Assembly: GCA_045805035.1 (NCBI GenBank)
Contig: JBJMLZ010000248.1
Coordinates: 1,333-65,332 of the forward strand
Length of the DNA stretch: 64,000 nt
Reading direction: 5' to 3'
DNA from: Bacteriovoracaceae bacterium
GTDB lineage: Bacteria > Bdellovibrionota > Bacteriovoracia > Bacteriovoracales > Bacteriovoracaceae
Program-made: the position numbers and the translations under genes
The notes under the pieces: model-generated
What the model was told of the DNA's origin: nothing
The model's input: the letters and a program-made list of their open reading frames with translations, nothing else
Database searches by the model: none
Part shown: positions 28,315-37,456 of the stretch, one piece after another
How positions within the stretch are numbered: position 1 is the stretch's first letter
Layout of the letters: each line of letters begins with the position of its first letter

Positions 28315-29756
28315 AGTGCCTTCAATACTTCTTTCAAAAGTTTCCAGAATGTTTCAACCGTCGGAATAAGGAGTCGCTCTTGCGGAGAATGCGCTCCCAT
28401 AATGGTCGGGCCGAATGAAACGGCGTCGATCGGGCCGATCTTGTCGCGAAGAATCCCGCATTCAAGGCCCGCGTGAATCGCAGTAACTTTAGCTTCCTTG
28501 TGAAAAAGATCCTGATATTTTTTCCCGACGAGATCGAGAAGACGGTTTTCGCGGACAGGTTTCCAGCTCGGATACTCTCCGTTTTTGGTGAACTCAATGT
28601 GAAAGCCGCGGGCAAGGGAGACGACCTGATTTTCAAGCCCCACACATTCGCCGCGATCAAAAAATCGGAGCGATGCCTGGAGATAAAAATTCCCTCTCAC
28701 AAGAAGGGAAATGGCGAGGTTATTTGAGAGTGAAACGAGCTCCCGGTTACTCGCAAGATCATATCCGTGAGCTCCGTGAGGAAACGCCAGAAGAAATGAT
28801 AAAAATCTCTGCGTATCTTCACAGGAAACAACTTCTGTCGCAGTCTCCATCGTCTCAACAGTTGCGGAAAACTTTCTGTCGTTTTCCGGCATGAACGAAC
28901 GCCAGCGAGTCGTGAGATCAGCCGCGGATTTTTCAGCAGCAGCAGTGTCTTTCACGTTGATAACCGCAAACGCATCCCGTGGAATAATATTGTGGGCCTT
29001 CCCCCCTCTCCATTCGACGAGTTCAAACGAATCGGCCGGCAAAGAATTGATCCAGTCCATGAGAAACTTGATCGCGTTTCCCCTTTGCTCGTGAATATCA
29101 ACGCCGGAGTGGCCCCCGAGGAACCCACCGACTGTGAGTTTTACTGTTTTGGTGAGTTTCGCCGGAACCATTTTCGCCGTAGCTTTGAATTCGTAATCAA
29201 TCCCGCCCGCACAGCCAATATAAAGGGAGCCCCATTCTTCGGTATCGAGATTGAGCATCTTCTTCCCTTTCAGGAAACTCGCGTCCACTCCCCACGCTCC
29301 TTTGAGGCCTGTCTCTTCATCGATGGTGAAAAGAAGTTCTAGTGGAGGATGTTCGATATTTTTTTCTTCCATCAGCGCAAGTGCGGCAGCACATCCAATT
29401 CCGTTATCTGCGCCGAGTGTAGTGCGATCTGCTTTAATCCAGTCACCCTCTTTCACCGTCACGATCGGATCGCGGGTGAAATCGATCTTTCTATCGGGAG
29501 TGGCGTCAGTGACCATGTCCATGTGGTTCTGGATGATGACAGTTTCGTGATTTTCGTAACCAGAAGACGCGGGAACATAAACAATCACGTTCCCTACCTC
29601 ATCAACATGAGTCTTGTGTCCGAGGCGCTTGGCCTCGCCGAGAATGAACTCGCGCATCTTGTCCTCTTTTTTGGAAGGACGTGGGATCTGGTTGATGGCA
29701 TGGAAATATCCCCAAACAAGCTTCGGTTCCGCCGGAAAATGAGCTGGAGTTTGCAT
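28311..29756 (-). CDS. pepD: Aminoacyl-histidine dipeptidase (M20C)
   Basis: IPRPSKKE, QNHMDMV, TTLGADNGIG, DEETGL, NLDTEE, GGHSG, IHAGLECG, AHSPQE. Confidence 0.95.
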   Translation of the reverse strand: MQTPAHFPAEPKLVWGYFHAINQIPRPSKKEDKMREFILGEAKRLGHKTHVDEVGNVIVYVPASSGYENHETVIIQNHMDMVTDATPDRKIDFTRDPIVTVKEGDWIKADRTTLGADNGIGCAAALALMEEKNIEHPPLELLFTIDEETGLKGAWGVDASFLKGKKMLNLDTEEWGSLYIGCAGGIDYEFKATAKMVPAKLTKTVKLTVGGFLGGHSGVDIHEQRGNAIKFLMDWINSLPADSFELVEWRGGKAHNIIPRDAFAVINVKDTAAAEKSAADLTTRWRSFMPENDRKFSATVETMETATEVVSCEDTQRFLSFLLAFPHGAHGYDLASNRELVSLSNNLAISLLVRGNFYLQASLRFFDRGECVGLENQVVSLARGFHIEFTKNGEYPSWKPVRENRLLDLVGKKYQDLFHKEAKVTAIHAGLECGILRDKIGPIDAVSFGPTIMGAHSPQERLLIPTVETFWKLLKEVLKAL

Positions 29757-29892
29757 AGGTGTTCCTCGATTAAGTGATGAATTTCTCAGGCGTTTTATAC
29801 TGCGGACGCTGAATTGTCTTTAACCAATATTGACAACCCTAGCCAACGCTTTCTATAAGGCGGTAACTTTGTCTTATATATATGGAGGTTTC

Positions 29893-30204
29893 ATGAAACT
29901 TAAAGCGCTCGTTTTGTCCCTTACGATGACAGTTTCAGTGAACGTTTTCGCCCAGTGGTTCCCGGGTCAAGTTGCCGTTCAGGTTCTTCCTGGACAGGTC
30001 ATTGCCCAGGTTTTCAACCCACAATATGTTCCGATGGTTTGCTCGGGCCAGGTTTTCGGACAGACTTATGCGGGCCCGGTCCTCACTTCTGGTTTCATTG
30101 AGCACTATCTCCTTCCAGGAACAAATCGCTTCGCCTTTGTTTACACAAATGCATGGGCGCCGTTCGTGAATGGATGGGCAAATTTCAACTGCAGAGTTTG
30201 GTAA
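29893..30204 (+). CDS. Small secreted beta-rich protein
   Basis: GGAGG SD, signal peptide (VFA-Q), two Cys, own terminator. Confidence 0.75.
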   Translation: MKLKALVLSLTMTVSVNVFAQWFPGQVAVQVLPGQVIAQVFNPQYVPMVCSGQVFGQTYAGPVLTSGFIEHYLLPGTNRFAFVYTNAWAPFVNGWANFNCRVW

Positions 30205-30211
30205 AGTAGAT

Positions 30212-30246
30212 AAAAAAAAAGCCCCTCTTTCGAGGGGCTTTTTTTT
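30212..30246. terminator. Bidirectional intrinsic terminator
   Basis: A9-GCCCCTC-TTTC-GAGGGGC-T8. Confidence 0.9.
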
Positions 30247-30250
30247 GAAC

Positions 30251-30571
30251 TTAGTTCAATCCTTTGTCGAGAACTACGTCATCCGCCGTTCCCTTGTAGT
30301 AATAAACAAAATTGTACCCAGCTTCCGCGAGAGCATCAGCGGCTTCTGCCGGTGAATTGTCTCCCTTAGAGAGGCTGTAAAGAATCACGTTCTGATTCTT
30401 GTTGGGATATTTGGCGGAGAAATCATTTTTAAAATTCGGCCCGAAGTTCATGAAAACGGCGTTTTCATATTTCACCGGAGTTTTGTTTTCCGCCTGAAGA
30501 TCGACGATGACAAAATTCAGACGGTCTTCGAGACGTTGTTTAAATGCTTCACGACTGATTTCATATTTCAT
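30251..30571 (-). CDS. Rhodanese-like domain protein lacking the catalytic Cys
   Basis: ISREAFKQRL..IVDLQ...VILYS...AEAADALAEAGY...YYKG; S at the usual active-site C. Confidence 0.75.
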   Translation of the reverse strand: MKYEISREAFKQRLEDRLNFVIVDLQAENKTPVKYENAVFMNFGPNFKNDFSAKYPNKNQNVILYSLSKGDNSPAEAADALAEAGYNFVYYYKGTADDVVLDKGLN

Positions 30572-30654
30572 GAGACTCACCTTGATTGACAGTTTTTTGC
30601 CTCTCAAAGATACTGCGATTAACCCTAAATGTTCCAGTGGAAAATAAACGCGTC

Positions 30655-31179
30655 ATGAATACTCAGGTGAATTATATGCCGGTGCAGTCCCATCTGAATT
30701 GGGATGAGTACTTCATGCTTCAGGCCATGATGGCGTCCTTTAAAAGTAAGGACCCCAACACCAAAGTTGGCTGCGTTTTCGTGGATCACAACAATCACCA
30801 ACTCTCCATGGGCTACAACGGACAGATCGCCGGGATCGATGAAACGAAGATCCCGTGGGGGAACATCAAATCCGTTCCACTTGATCAGCAAAAATATGCC
30901 TACGTCGTCCACTCCGAGGCCAATGCCATTCTTCACGCGAAGGCCGATCTCAACGGCAGCCGCTGCTACGTAACTCTGTTTCCTTGTCATGAATGTGCGA
31001 AGATGATGGCGACGGTGAAGATCAATGAAGTGGTTTATCTTTCTGATAAATACAACGGGTCTGTTTAAAATCAGATCGCCAAAAAGATTTTTGATATGTC
31101 GGGGATCAAGTATCGCGAATTGAAACTCGATCGATCAATCGTCACGAACCTCTGCCAATCTTTCGAGACGATTCTTTAA
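30655..31179 (+). pseudogene. dCMP deaminase (ComEB/Dcd family) interrupted by in-frame TAA at 31066-31068
   Basis: WDEYFM, SKDPNTKVG, GYNG, HSEANAI, PCHEC; the same frame continues after TAA as NQIAKKIFDMSGIKYREL... to TAA 31177-31179. Confidence 0.75.
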
Positions 31180-31210
31180 GCGGAAATAATTTCCCACATT
31201 ATCGTGCGGC

Positions 31211-31798
31211 CTACTGATTTTCGGACTTGGCCTTGATCCAGGAAGTGACAGACAATTTAAGGGCCACATCAACCGGGATGTCGACGTGTTCGACTTTGGA
31301 TGGTTCGATGAGGACTGTGATCCCACCGAGCATATAGGAAAGCGGGATATACACTGCCACGAGATTTTTTCCGGGAAGTTCGGTGAGGTCTTCACGGGTC
31401 ACAAGTCCCAGGGCCTTCACCCCCATCGGTTCCAGCGGCACTAAAACCACACGATTCAGATTTCCATCCCCACTTTTTCCTGGAATGAGGCCCATGAGAT
31501 CGCGCAGGGGCAGGTACACGGTCTTGATCAGTGGAACTTTTTCCAGAAGGCCGGTGATGAAAACGAAGGCCCGGCCGGTGATGTAGTTACTGACAAGCAC
31601 CCCGACCAGCATGATGAAAATCAAAGACAGAAGAATGCCCAGTCCGGGAATGTAGAGCCAGTCACCGAGGATTCTCCCGAGTGCCGGAGCAAAGATTGAT
31701 TCAACGTTTATGCTGGCCCAATAGAGAAGATAAAACGTGAGAGTAATCGGGAGGACTACGATCAGTCCTTTGAAGAAAATCTGGTTCAGCTTTTTCAT
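31211..31798 (-). CDS. DUF502 family membrane protein
   Basis: FFKGLIVVLPITLT, EKVPLIKTVY, VAVYIP, LKLSVTSW. Confidence 0.88.
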   Translation of the reverse strand: MKKLNQIFFKGLIVVLPITLTFYLLYWASINVESIFAPALGRILGDWLYIPGLGILLSLIFIMLVGVLVSNYITGRAFVFITGLLEKVPLIKTVYLPLRDLMGLIPGKSGDGNLNRVVLVPLEPMGVKALGLVTREDLTELPGKNLVAVYIPLSYMLGGITVLIEPSKVEHVDIPVDVALKLSVTSWIKAKSENQ

Positions 31799-31831
31799 TG
31801 ATTTAAGAGTATCACAGAGGGAAAAGAGGAC

Positions 31832-31860
31832 AAAAAAAAAGGGCCCGTGAGGGCCCTTTT
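31832..31860. terminator. Intrinsic terminator of the microprotein gene
   Basis: A9-GGGCCC-GTGA-GGGCCC-TTTT; gives a U9 tail on the minus strand just after the TAG at 31869. Confidence 0.85.
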
Positions 31861-31868
31861 CGAAAGAA

Positions 31869-31961
31869 CTACTTCTTCTTAGAAGCTTTCTTTTTAGTAG
31901 CTTTTTTAGCTGCTTTCTTAGTTGCTTTCTTAGTAGCTTTCTTTGCTGCTTTCTTAGCCAT
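31869..31961 (-). CDS. 30-aa Lys/Ala-rich histone H1-like microprotein MAKKAAKKATKKATKKAAKKATKKKASKKK
   Basis: Not in the ORF track; GGAGG SD 5 nt before ATG, promoter upstream, terminator downstream, synonymous codon variation between repeats. Confidence 0.85.
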   Translation of the reverse strand: MAKKAAKKATKKATKKAAKKATKKKASKKK

Positions 31962-32012
31962 AATTTCCTCCCAGGAAATGTGTGGTTAATATAATTGACC
32001 TTTCTTATTTAA

Positions 32013-32041
32013 AGCTTAAACACAATTTTCATCTAACGCAA
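32013..32041 (-). promoter_or_regulatory. Sigma70-type promoter for the microprotein
   Basis: TTGCGT-17 nt-TAAGCT with an AT-rich UP-like tract upstream (32042-32060). Confidence 0.65.
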
Positions 32042-32191
32042 ATAAAAAATACAAATTTTATTCAAACCTGTTTTTTTTTCTGATCAAGGGGGGTCTGGAG
32101 GATTTTTTGTGGGCCTCACATCCCTCATGCACATCTCGTGATCAATGATCAGTTGTTATGCATGAGAGATCGGAAGGTGTTTCAGAAAGAT

Positions 32192-34531
32192 TTAGGGAAA
32201 AATGAAATCAAGATCGTCGTTTTTCACATCAACTGTCACTTTTCCGCCACCCTCAAGCTTACCAAAGAGGATCTCGTGGGCCAGTGGCTTCTTGATTTTA
32301 TCATTAATAAGACGAGCGATCGGACGGGCACCAAGTTTCGAATCGTATCCTTTCTCGGCCAACCATAACTTCGCTTTCTCACTCACCTCGAGCTCAACTT
32401 TCTTCTCAATAAGCTGGTTCTCAAGCTCCATCAGGAACTTGTTCACCACCATCTCGATGTTCTTGTTCTCGAGCTTATTGAAGGTGATCACAGCATCCAG
32501 ACGGTTTCTGAACTCAGGAGTGAAGAATCCTTTGATCGCCTGCTCGCGCTTGGTGGTATTTATTTCCCCTCCCCGCGCACCCGCAAGACCAATGGAACCT
32601 GCTTCCATTTCTTTGGCCCCGGCATTTGAAGTCATGATCAGGATCACGTTCCTGAAGTCTGAACTGCGGCCGTTAGAATCGGTAAGGGCCCCGTGGTCCA
32701 TCACCTGTAAAAGGATGTTGAACACATCTGGATGCGCTTTCTCGATCTCATCAAGCAGAAGAACTGAGTACGGATTTTTATGGATGGCATCGGTCAGTGT
32801 CCCGCCTTGCTCAAACCCAACATAACCCGGAGGGGCCCCGATAAGTTTGGAGACGGTGTGCTTTTCCATGAACTCCGACATGTCGACCCTGACAAAGTTA
32901 ATGCCCATTAAATGTGCAAGCTGTTTGGCCAGTTCGGTTTTACCAACACCGGTCGGACCGGCAAAAAGGAAGCTTGCGATCGGCTTGTCCTGATGGCCGA
33001 GACCAGATCGGGACAGGATCAGAGCATTCGAAACTTTTTCCACGGCCTCATTCTGGCCATAGATCATCATCTTCAGATCGCGTTCAAGGAACCGAAGCTT
33101 TTCTTTCTCATTAATAGAGATCGATTTCTGCGGAATCCGCGCAATCTTGGCAACGATGTGTTCGATATCGTTCATCGTAACGGTAGAGCCTTCACCTCTT
33201 TGCGGGTTCAGGCGGATATAAGCGCCGACTTCATCAATCACGTCGATTGCCTTATCCGGGAGTTTTCTTTCCGCCACGTGCTTGTGAGACAGTTCCACTG
33301 CCGCACGAAGGACGTCTTCCGGATACGAGACGTGGTGGTGCTCTTCAAATTTAGATTTAAGACCTTTTAAGATCGAAACCGAATCCTCAACCGATGGTTC
33401 GAGCACATCTACTTTCTGGAATCGGCGGTTCAGCGCCTGATCTTTCTCAAAGTATTTGCGGTATTCATCAAAAGTGGTCGATCCCATACAACGGATCTGA
33501 CCTTTAGAAAGAGCGGGCTTCAAAAGATTGGAGGCATCCAGGCTTCCACCGGAGGTCGCACCTGCTCCAATAATTGTGTGGATCTCATCAATGAATAGTA
33601 TTGAGCCGTTTTCGGAGTTTTGCTTTTCCAGGGCCTGAAGAACGAGCTTGAGGCGCTCTTCAAAGTCACCGCGGAACTTGGTTCCGGCAAGAAGCGAGGC
33701 CATATCAAGTGCGTAGACCGTGGTCTTCGCAAGTAATGATGGGACACGATTTTCCACGATCGCTTTGGCAAGGCCTTCGGCGATGGCGGTCTTACCAACA
33801 CCGGAGTCTCCGACCAGAATCGGATTGTTTTTCCGGCGACGACAAAGAATCTGGATGATTCGCTGAATTTCTTCTTCGCGACCAATGATCGGATCGATCT
33901 TCCCTTCTTTTGCCATCTGATTCAGATTCGTAGTGAACTCTCCCAATGCTTTTTCGTATTTTTCTTCGCGACGGAAAGTCTCGCCACCGTTTTCAATGTT
34001 TACTTCTTCAGTGCCATTGTTGACCGGACGGTCTGCGGTGTGAGCAATTTTTTCGACGATGTCGATGCGATTGACACCCTGGCGTTCGAGGAAATAAGTC
34101 GCGTGAGATTCTTTCTCACTGAACATCGCCACGAGAAGATTGATGGCCTGGATAGATTTTTTTCCCGAGCTTTGAATGTGGATCGCCGCCCGTTGAATCA
34201 CTCTTTGCAAGGAAAGAGAGATTTCAGGCTGGTAGAGAATCCCATTTTCCCGCGCCACTTCGCGGAGTTGATCATTACCAAACTGTTTACGGTTCAGATC
34301 CTGGATCTCATCCGGTGAAAGAAGAGAGAAATTGGCATCGTCATTCAAAAAGGATTGCAGATCTTTTTTCAGATCGCCCATGTTGGCGCCACAATCGTTC
34401 AGCACTTCCGATACTGTTTCATCTTCCAGCATGGAAAAAAGAACATTTTCGAGAGTCAGAAATTCGTGCCGCTTTTCGTTCGCGCGTTTTATAGCTTTAT
34501 TGAGAATTTGTTCGAGTTTTTGACTGATCAT
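32192..34531 (-). CDS. clpA: ATP-dependent Clp protease ATP-binding subunit ClpA
   Basis: RHEFLTLE N-domain, two AAA+ modules (GDSGVGKT; GPTGVGKT), DEIEKAHPD; follows clpS. Confidence 0.97.
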   Translation of the reverse strand: MISQKLEQILNKAIKRANEKRHEFLTLENVLFSMLEDETVSEVLNDCGANMGDLKKDLQSFLNDDANFSLLSPDEIQDLNRKQFGNDQLREVARENGILYQPEISLSLQRVIQRAAIHIQSSGKKSIQAINLLVAMFSEKESHATYFLERQGVNRIDIVEKIAHTADRPVNNGTEEVNIENGGETFRREEKYEKALGEFTTNLNQMAKEGKIDPIIGREEEIQRIIQILCRRRKNNPILVGDSGVGKTAIAEGLAKAIVENRVPSLLAKTTVYALDMASLLAGTKFRGDFEERLKLVLQALEKQNSENGSILFIDEIHTIIGAGATSGGSLDASNLLKPALSKGQIRCMGSTTFDEYRKYFEKDQALNRRFQKVDVLEPSVEDSVSILKGLKSKFEEHHHVSYPEDVLRAAVELSHKHVAERKLPDKAIDVIDEVGAYIRLNPQRGEGSTVTMNDIEHIVAKIARIPQKSISINEKEKLRFLERDLKMMIYGQNEAVEKVSNALILSRSGLGHQDKPIASFLFAGPTGVGKTELAKQLAHLMGINFVRVDMSEFMEKHTVSKLIGAPPGYVGFEQGGTLTDAIHKNPYSVLLLDEIEKAHPDVFNILLQVMDHGALTDSNGRSSDFRNVILIMTSNAGAKEMEAGSIGLAGARGGEINTTKREQAIKGFFTPEFRNRLDAVITFNKLENKNIEMVVNKFLMELENQLIEKKVELEVSEKAKLWLAEKGYDSKLGARPIARLINDKIKKPLAHEILFGKLEGGGKVTVDVKNDDLDFIFP

Positions 34532-34604
34532 ACGTGGTCCCTCACATGACTAATTATACCGTAAGATGGGATCACTTGGGAAAATGGCAAGGCTCGTAAA
34601 TGCT

Positions 34605-34925
34605 TTATTCTTCGGGCTCAGTACTGCATTTTAATGGGTGACCATTTTCACGCGCATACTTGATGACTTTGGCCACCTTCGACTCAGCGACTTCATAGGT
34701 GTAGGTACCGCAGATTCCGAAGCCCCGCGTATGGACTTCGAGCATGATGGCGTGTGCTTCTGGTGAAGTTTTCTGGAAGTATTTTTCGAGAACGTGAATC
34801 ACGAAATCCATAGTGGTGTAGTCATCATTATGCATGACGACTTTATACATGCGTGGACGCTGAAGTTTATCCTTCTTCGCCGTTGCGACACCTGATTCTT
34901 CTTCCCGATCCGTTTCTGCAGACAT
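34605..34925 (-). CDS. clpS: Clp protease adaptor ClpS
   Basis: YKVVMHNDDYTTMDFV, IMLEVH, AESKV, HPLKCSTE. Confidence 0.97.
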   Translation of the reverse strand: MSAETDREEESGVATAKKDKLQRPRMYKVVMHNDDYTTMDFVIHVLEKYFQKTSPEAHAIMLEVHTRGFGICGTYTYEVAESKVAKVIKYARENGHPLKCSTEPEE

Positions 34926-34972
34926 ATGAGTGAGCTGAAGTTTATAATTATGCTCATATCAAAGGCAAGAGC

Positions 34973-35923
34973 GTGTCCCAAGATTACACCGTCATCAGAA
35001 ACCGTCTTCAAAAGAATCTCAAAAAGCTGAAGTCATACCTCAGCAAGGGAGGTATTGAAGCCTTTCGTCTTTATAATAAAGACATCCCTGAATATCCCTA
35101 CCTCATCGACATCTATGGAAAAGAGGCAGTGATCTACGAACAGGGCAAAAAACTGACGTCGGAAGAGGATCAGTTGCGTGAAAAACATCAAGAGCACATT
35201 GAGCTTGCTCTGACAGAACTCCTTGCGATTCCCGCTGATAAACAACACTTCAAGATCCGCGAGCGTCAGAAAGGGAATGAGCAATATAAGCAGCTGGATG
35301 ATTCTCAGGATTATTTCCTGGTGAATGAACCTCCGATGAAATTTCTGGTGAACTTGAAACGCTATCTCGATACGGGACTGTTTCTTGATATGCGGCCTCT
35401 TCGTCAGTGGTTGCTTGCCAACAGCAAAGACAAAAAAGTTCTGAATCTTTTTTGTTACACCGGCTCACTGAGTGTTGCTTCTGCAATGGGCGGAGCGACT
35501 GTGACATCGGTGGATATGTCGAGGACCTATCTCGATTGGGCCTATGAGAATTTCAAGCGCAACAATCTCAATCCCAAGCTACATGAATTTCAGCAAGCCG
35601 ATGTGATGAAAGATATCCAAAACAGGAAAGAGGCCGGTGTGAAATATGATTTGATTCTTCTCGATCCACCGAGCTTCTCAAACTCAAAGCGCATGGAAGA
35701 AGATCTCGACATTGAAAGAGATCATCCGATTCTGGTGAGAGATTGCATGCAGCTTCTTTCACCCGGAGGAACACTGGTTTTTTCCACCAATAAAAGAAAG
35801 TTCGAGCTCCACTCAATTGTGACTTCTCAATATGTGGTCAAAGAGATCAGCCAGTGGACAATCCCTCAGGATTTCCACCACACTGACATCCATGTGGCCT
35901 TTATGATCCAGGCTAAATCTTAG
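34973..35923 (+). CDS. Stand-alone 23S rRNA methyltransferase, RlmK/RlmI-like
   Basis: NRLQKN, FRLY, DTGLFLD, LNLFCYTG, DPPSFSNSKRM (RlmKL C-terminal half motif). Confidence 0.8.
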   Translation: MSQDYTVIRNRLQKNLKKLKSYLSKGGIEAFRLYNKDIPEYPYLIDIYGKEAVIYEQGKKLTSEEDQLREKHQEHIELALTELLAIPADKQHFKIRERQKGNEQYKQLDDSQDYFLVNEPPMKFLVNLKRYLDTGLFLDMRPLRQWLLANSKDKKVLNLFCYTGSLSVASAMGGATVTSVDMSRTYLDWAYENFKRNNLNPKLHEFQQADVMKDIQNRKEAGVKYDLILLDPPSFSNSKRMEEDLDIERDHPILVRDCMQLLSPGGTLVFSTNKRKFELHSIVTSQYVVKEISQWTIPQDFHHTDIHVAFMIQAKS

Positions 35924-36095
35924 CCAAACTTATACTTACTATTAGGTAAGCTTAAGCCAGAAGGCACTTAAGTATCTGGAATAGCTATTTTAACGCGTAG
36001 CCGGTATAAGAATGTAACACTCAATGACAATTCTTGACCTTCCATCCCTCACATTGGTAGAAGTCCGTGAAACAGGATTTTTCATAGGGGGAAAA

Positions 36096-36845
36096 ATGAA
36101 AAAAACCATCGCTTTGACCGCACTCGTACTCGCAACGTCGCTTCAGGCGAAGACGACACACTTAAAAGGAGAACTCGGAACTCTGGAGATTTCAGATTCC
36201 TTCTCTGGTGTGCTCAAGCAGCAGGCCCCAACTCCTACTCCAACTCCAACTCCGGCACCAACTACTCCGGCGCCGACATTCAATGATCGCGTAACACAAG
36301 TTAGCGGCGTAATCTCGGCGGCTAAAGATGTCGTGGCCCTCGGTGAAGCAGTTTATGCTCTCGTCGAACACGGACGTCCGAAAGTCACTACGGACTACGC
36401 TCCGATTTCAATTCTTCCACGTGATCCTTCAAATCCAGCGACTGACCCTGCGACAAGAAACGCAGTTGATCCATTCGACATGGAAGGCTTCTCTCTTCCA
36501 GTAGAAAAAATGATCACGGCGAAAGTTGTTTCACCAACAGGTGCTGCACCGGTGGTGTTCAAGTACAAAGTCACTTACTCGTACGGCGGCTCTTATAATG
36601 GTGCAGGGAAATACCTCACCGGTATCAACATCATTCCTTCTTCTATCCAGGTAGCTCACGGCTGGACATTCAACTCGTCTATGAAACTCACAGGGATGAT
36701 CAACCACGGAACGAAGGCGAACCCAATCGTTGGTGCGATGATCACTATCAAGTATTCAATGAGCTCGCTCTACCAGGCGTTTGAAAGAAACGACACCATC
36801 TACATCAATGGTGACGGTTCAATGAAAGCAATGATCGCTCACTAA
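36096..36845 (+). CDS. Secreted hypothetical protein with Pro/Thr linker
   Basis: GGGGG SD, signal peptide (LQA-K), APTPTPTPTPAPTTPAPT, beta-rich C-domain. Confidence 0.75.
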   Translation: MKKTIALTALVLATSLQAKTTHLKGELGTLEISDSFSGVLKQQAPTPTPTPTPAPTTPAPTFNDRVTQVSGVISAAKDVVALGEAVYALVEHGRPKVTTDYAPISILPRDPSNPATDPATRNAVDPFDMEGFSLPVEKMITAKVVSPTGAAPVVFKYKVTYSYGGSYNGAGKYLTGINIIPSSIQVAHGWTFNSSMKLTGMINHGTKANPIVGAMITIKYSMSSLYQAFERNDTIYINGDGSMKAMIAH

Positions 36846-36862
36846 ACAAGAATTCTTCCCCC

Positions 36863-36893
36863 AAAAGGGCCGCGCTTGCGGCCCTTTTTTTTT
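36863..36893 (+). terminator. Intrinsic terminator
   Basis: AAAAGGGCCGC-GCTT-GCGGCCC followed by T9. Confidence 0.88.
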
Positions 36894-36972
36894 GTTTAAT
36901 GCAAAGCAGATGAGACATAATTAAGACATCCTTATTTCAAGGGTCCGACATCACAATTTCCAAGGAGGAAAG

Positions 36973-37419
36973 ATGTTTAAGTTTGTTCTCGTTGCTGCTC
37001 TCGTACTCGGCTCATTCGCCGCTCTCGCTGATGACACTTCTGACGGATGTGGTCTCGGCTGGCAGGTCACTAAGAAGAAAACCTTCTCTGCCACTACTAC
37101 TCGCTTCACTACGAATGCGTTTGTACCTCCAACCTTCGGCATGACTTCCGGGACAATCGGGTGCGAGCAGCACGCGCTTGTGAAAGCGGACATGAAGCCA
37201 CTTCACTATGCTGATGCTAACTATGAAAACCTCATGACTGAAATTGCTCAAGGCCAGGGCGAGTACCTGACTGGTTTCGCTGCAGCTATGGGCTGTTCTT
37301 CAGAAGCTTTCTCTTCTGCTCTTCAGTCTAATTTCTCTGAGATCGTGGAAGGAAAAACTCCTGCTGATCTCGTAAGAAAAGCGCGCACAATCGCGAACTC
37401 ACTTAACTGCCAGGCATAA
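36973..37419 (+). CDS. DUF3015 family exported protein
   Basis: AGGAGG SD, signal peptide, GCGLGW, FGMTSGTIGC, EIAQGQGEYL. Confidence 0.88.
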   Translation: MFKFVLVAALVLGSFAALADDTSDGCGLGWQVTKKKTFSATTTRFTTNAFVPPTFGMTSGTIGCEQHALVKADMKPLHYADANYENLMTEIAQGQGEYLTGFAAAMGCSSEAFSSALQSNFSEIVEGKTPADLVRKARTIANSLNCQA

Positions 37420-37424
37420 TTCAT

Positions 37425-37455
37425 AAGGGCCGCATATCCTGCGGCCCTTCTTTTT
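37425..37455 (+). terminator. Internal terminator/attenuator hairpin
   Basis: AAGGGCCGCA-TATCC-TGCGGCCCTT-CTTTTT immediately before the next ATG. Confidence 0.65.
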
Positions 37456-37456
37456 C

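Noticed and set aside
30251-30571. Rhodanese without catalytic Cys as a novel enzyme
   Set aside because: Inactive single-domain rhodanese homologs are common; nothing else distinctive.
31869-31961. Tandem-repeat or CRISPR-like periodic DNA
   Set aside because: The 12-nt periodicity is explained by the KKA(A/T) coding repeats; no spacer structure.
32202-33370. Long plus-strand ORFs antisense to clpA (also 44396-45205 over rpsA, 54136-55503 over bamA, 62215-62982)
   Set aside because: Shadow ORFs of well-conserved genes; no motifs, SD or independent signals.
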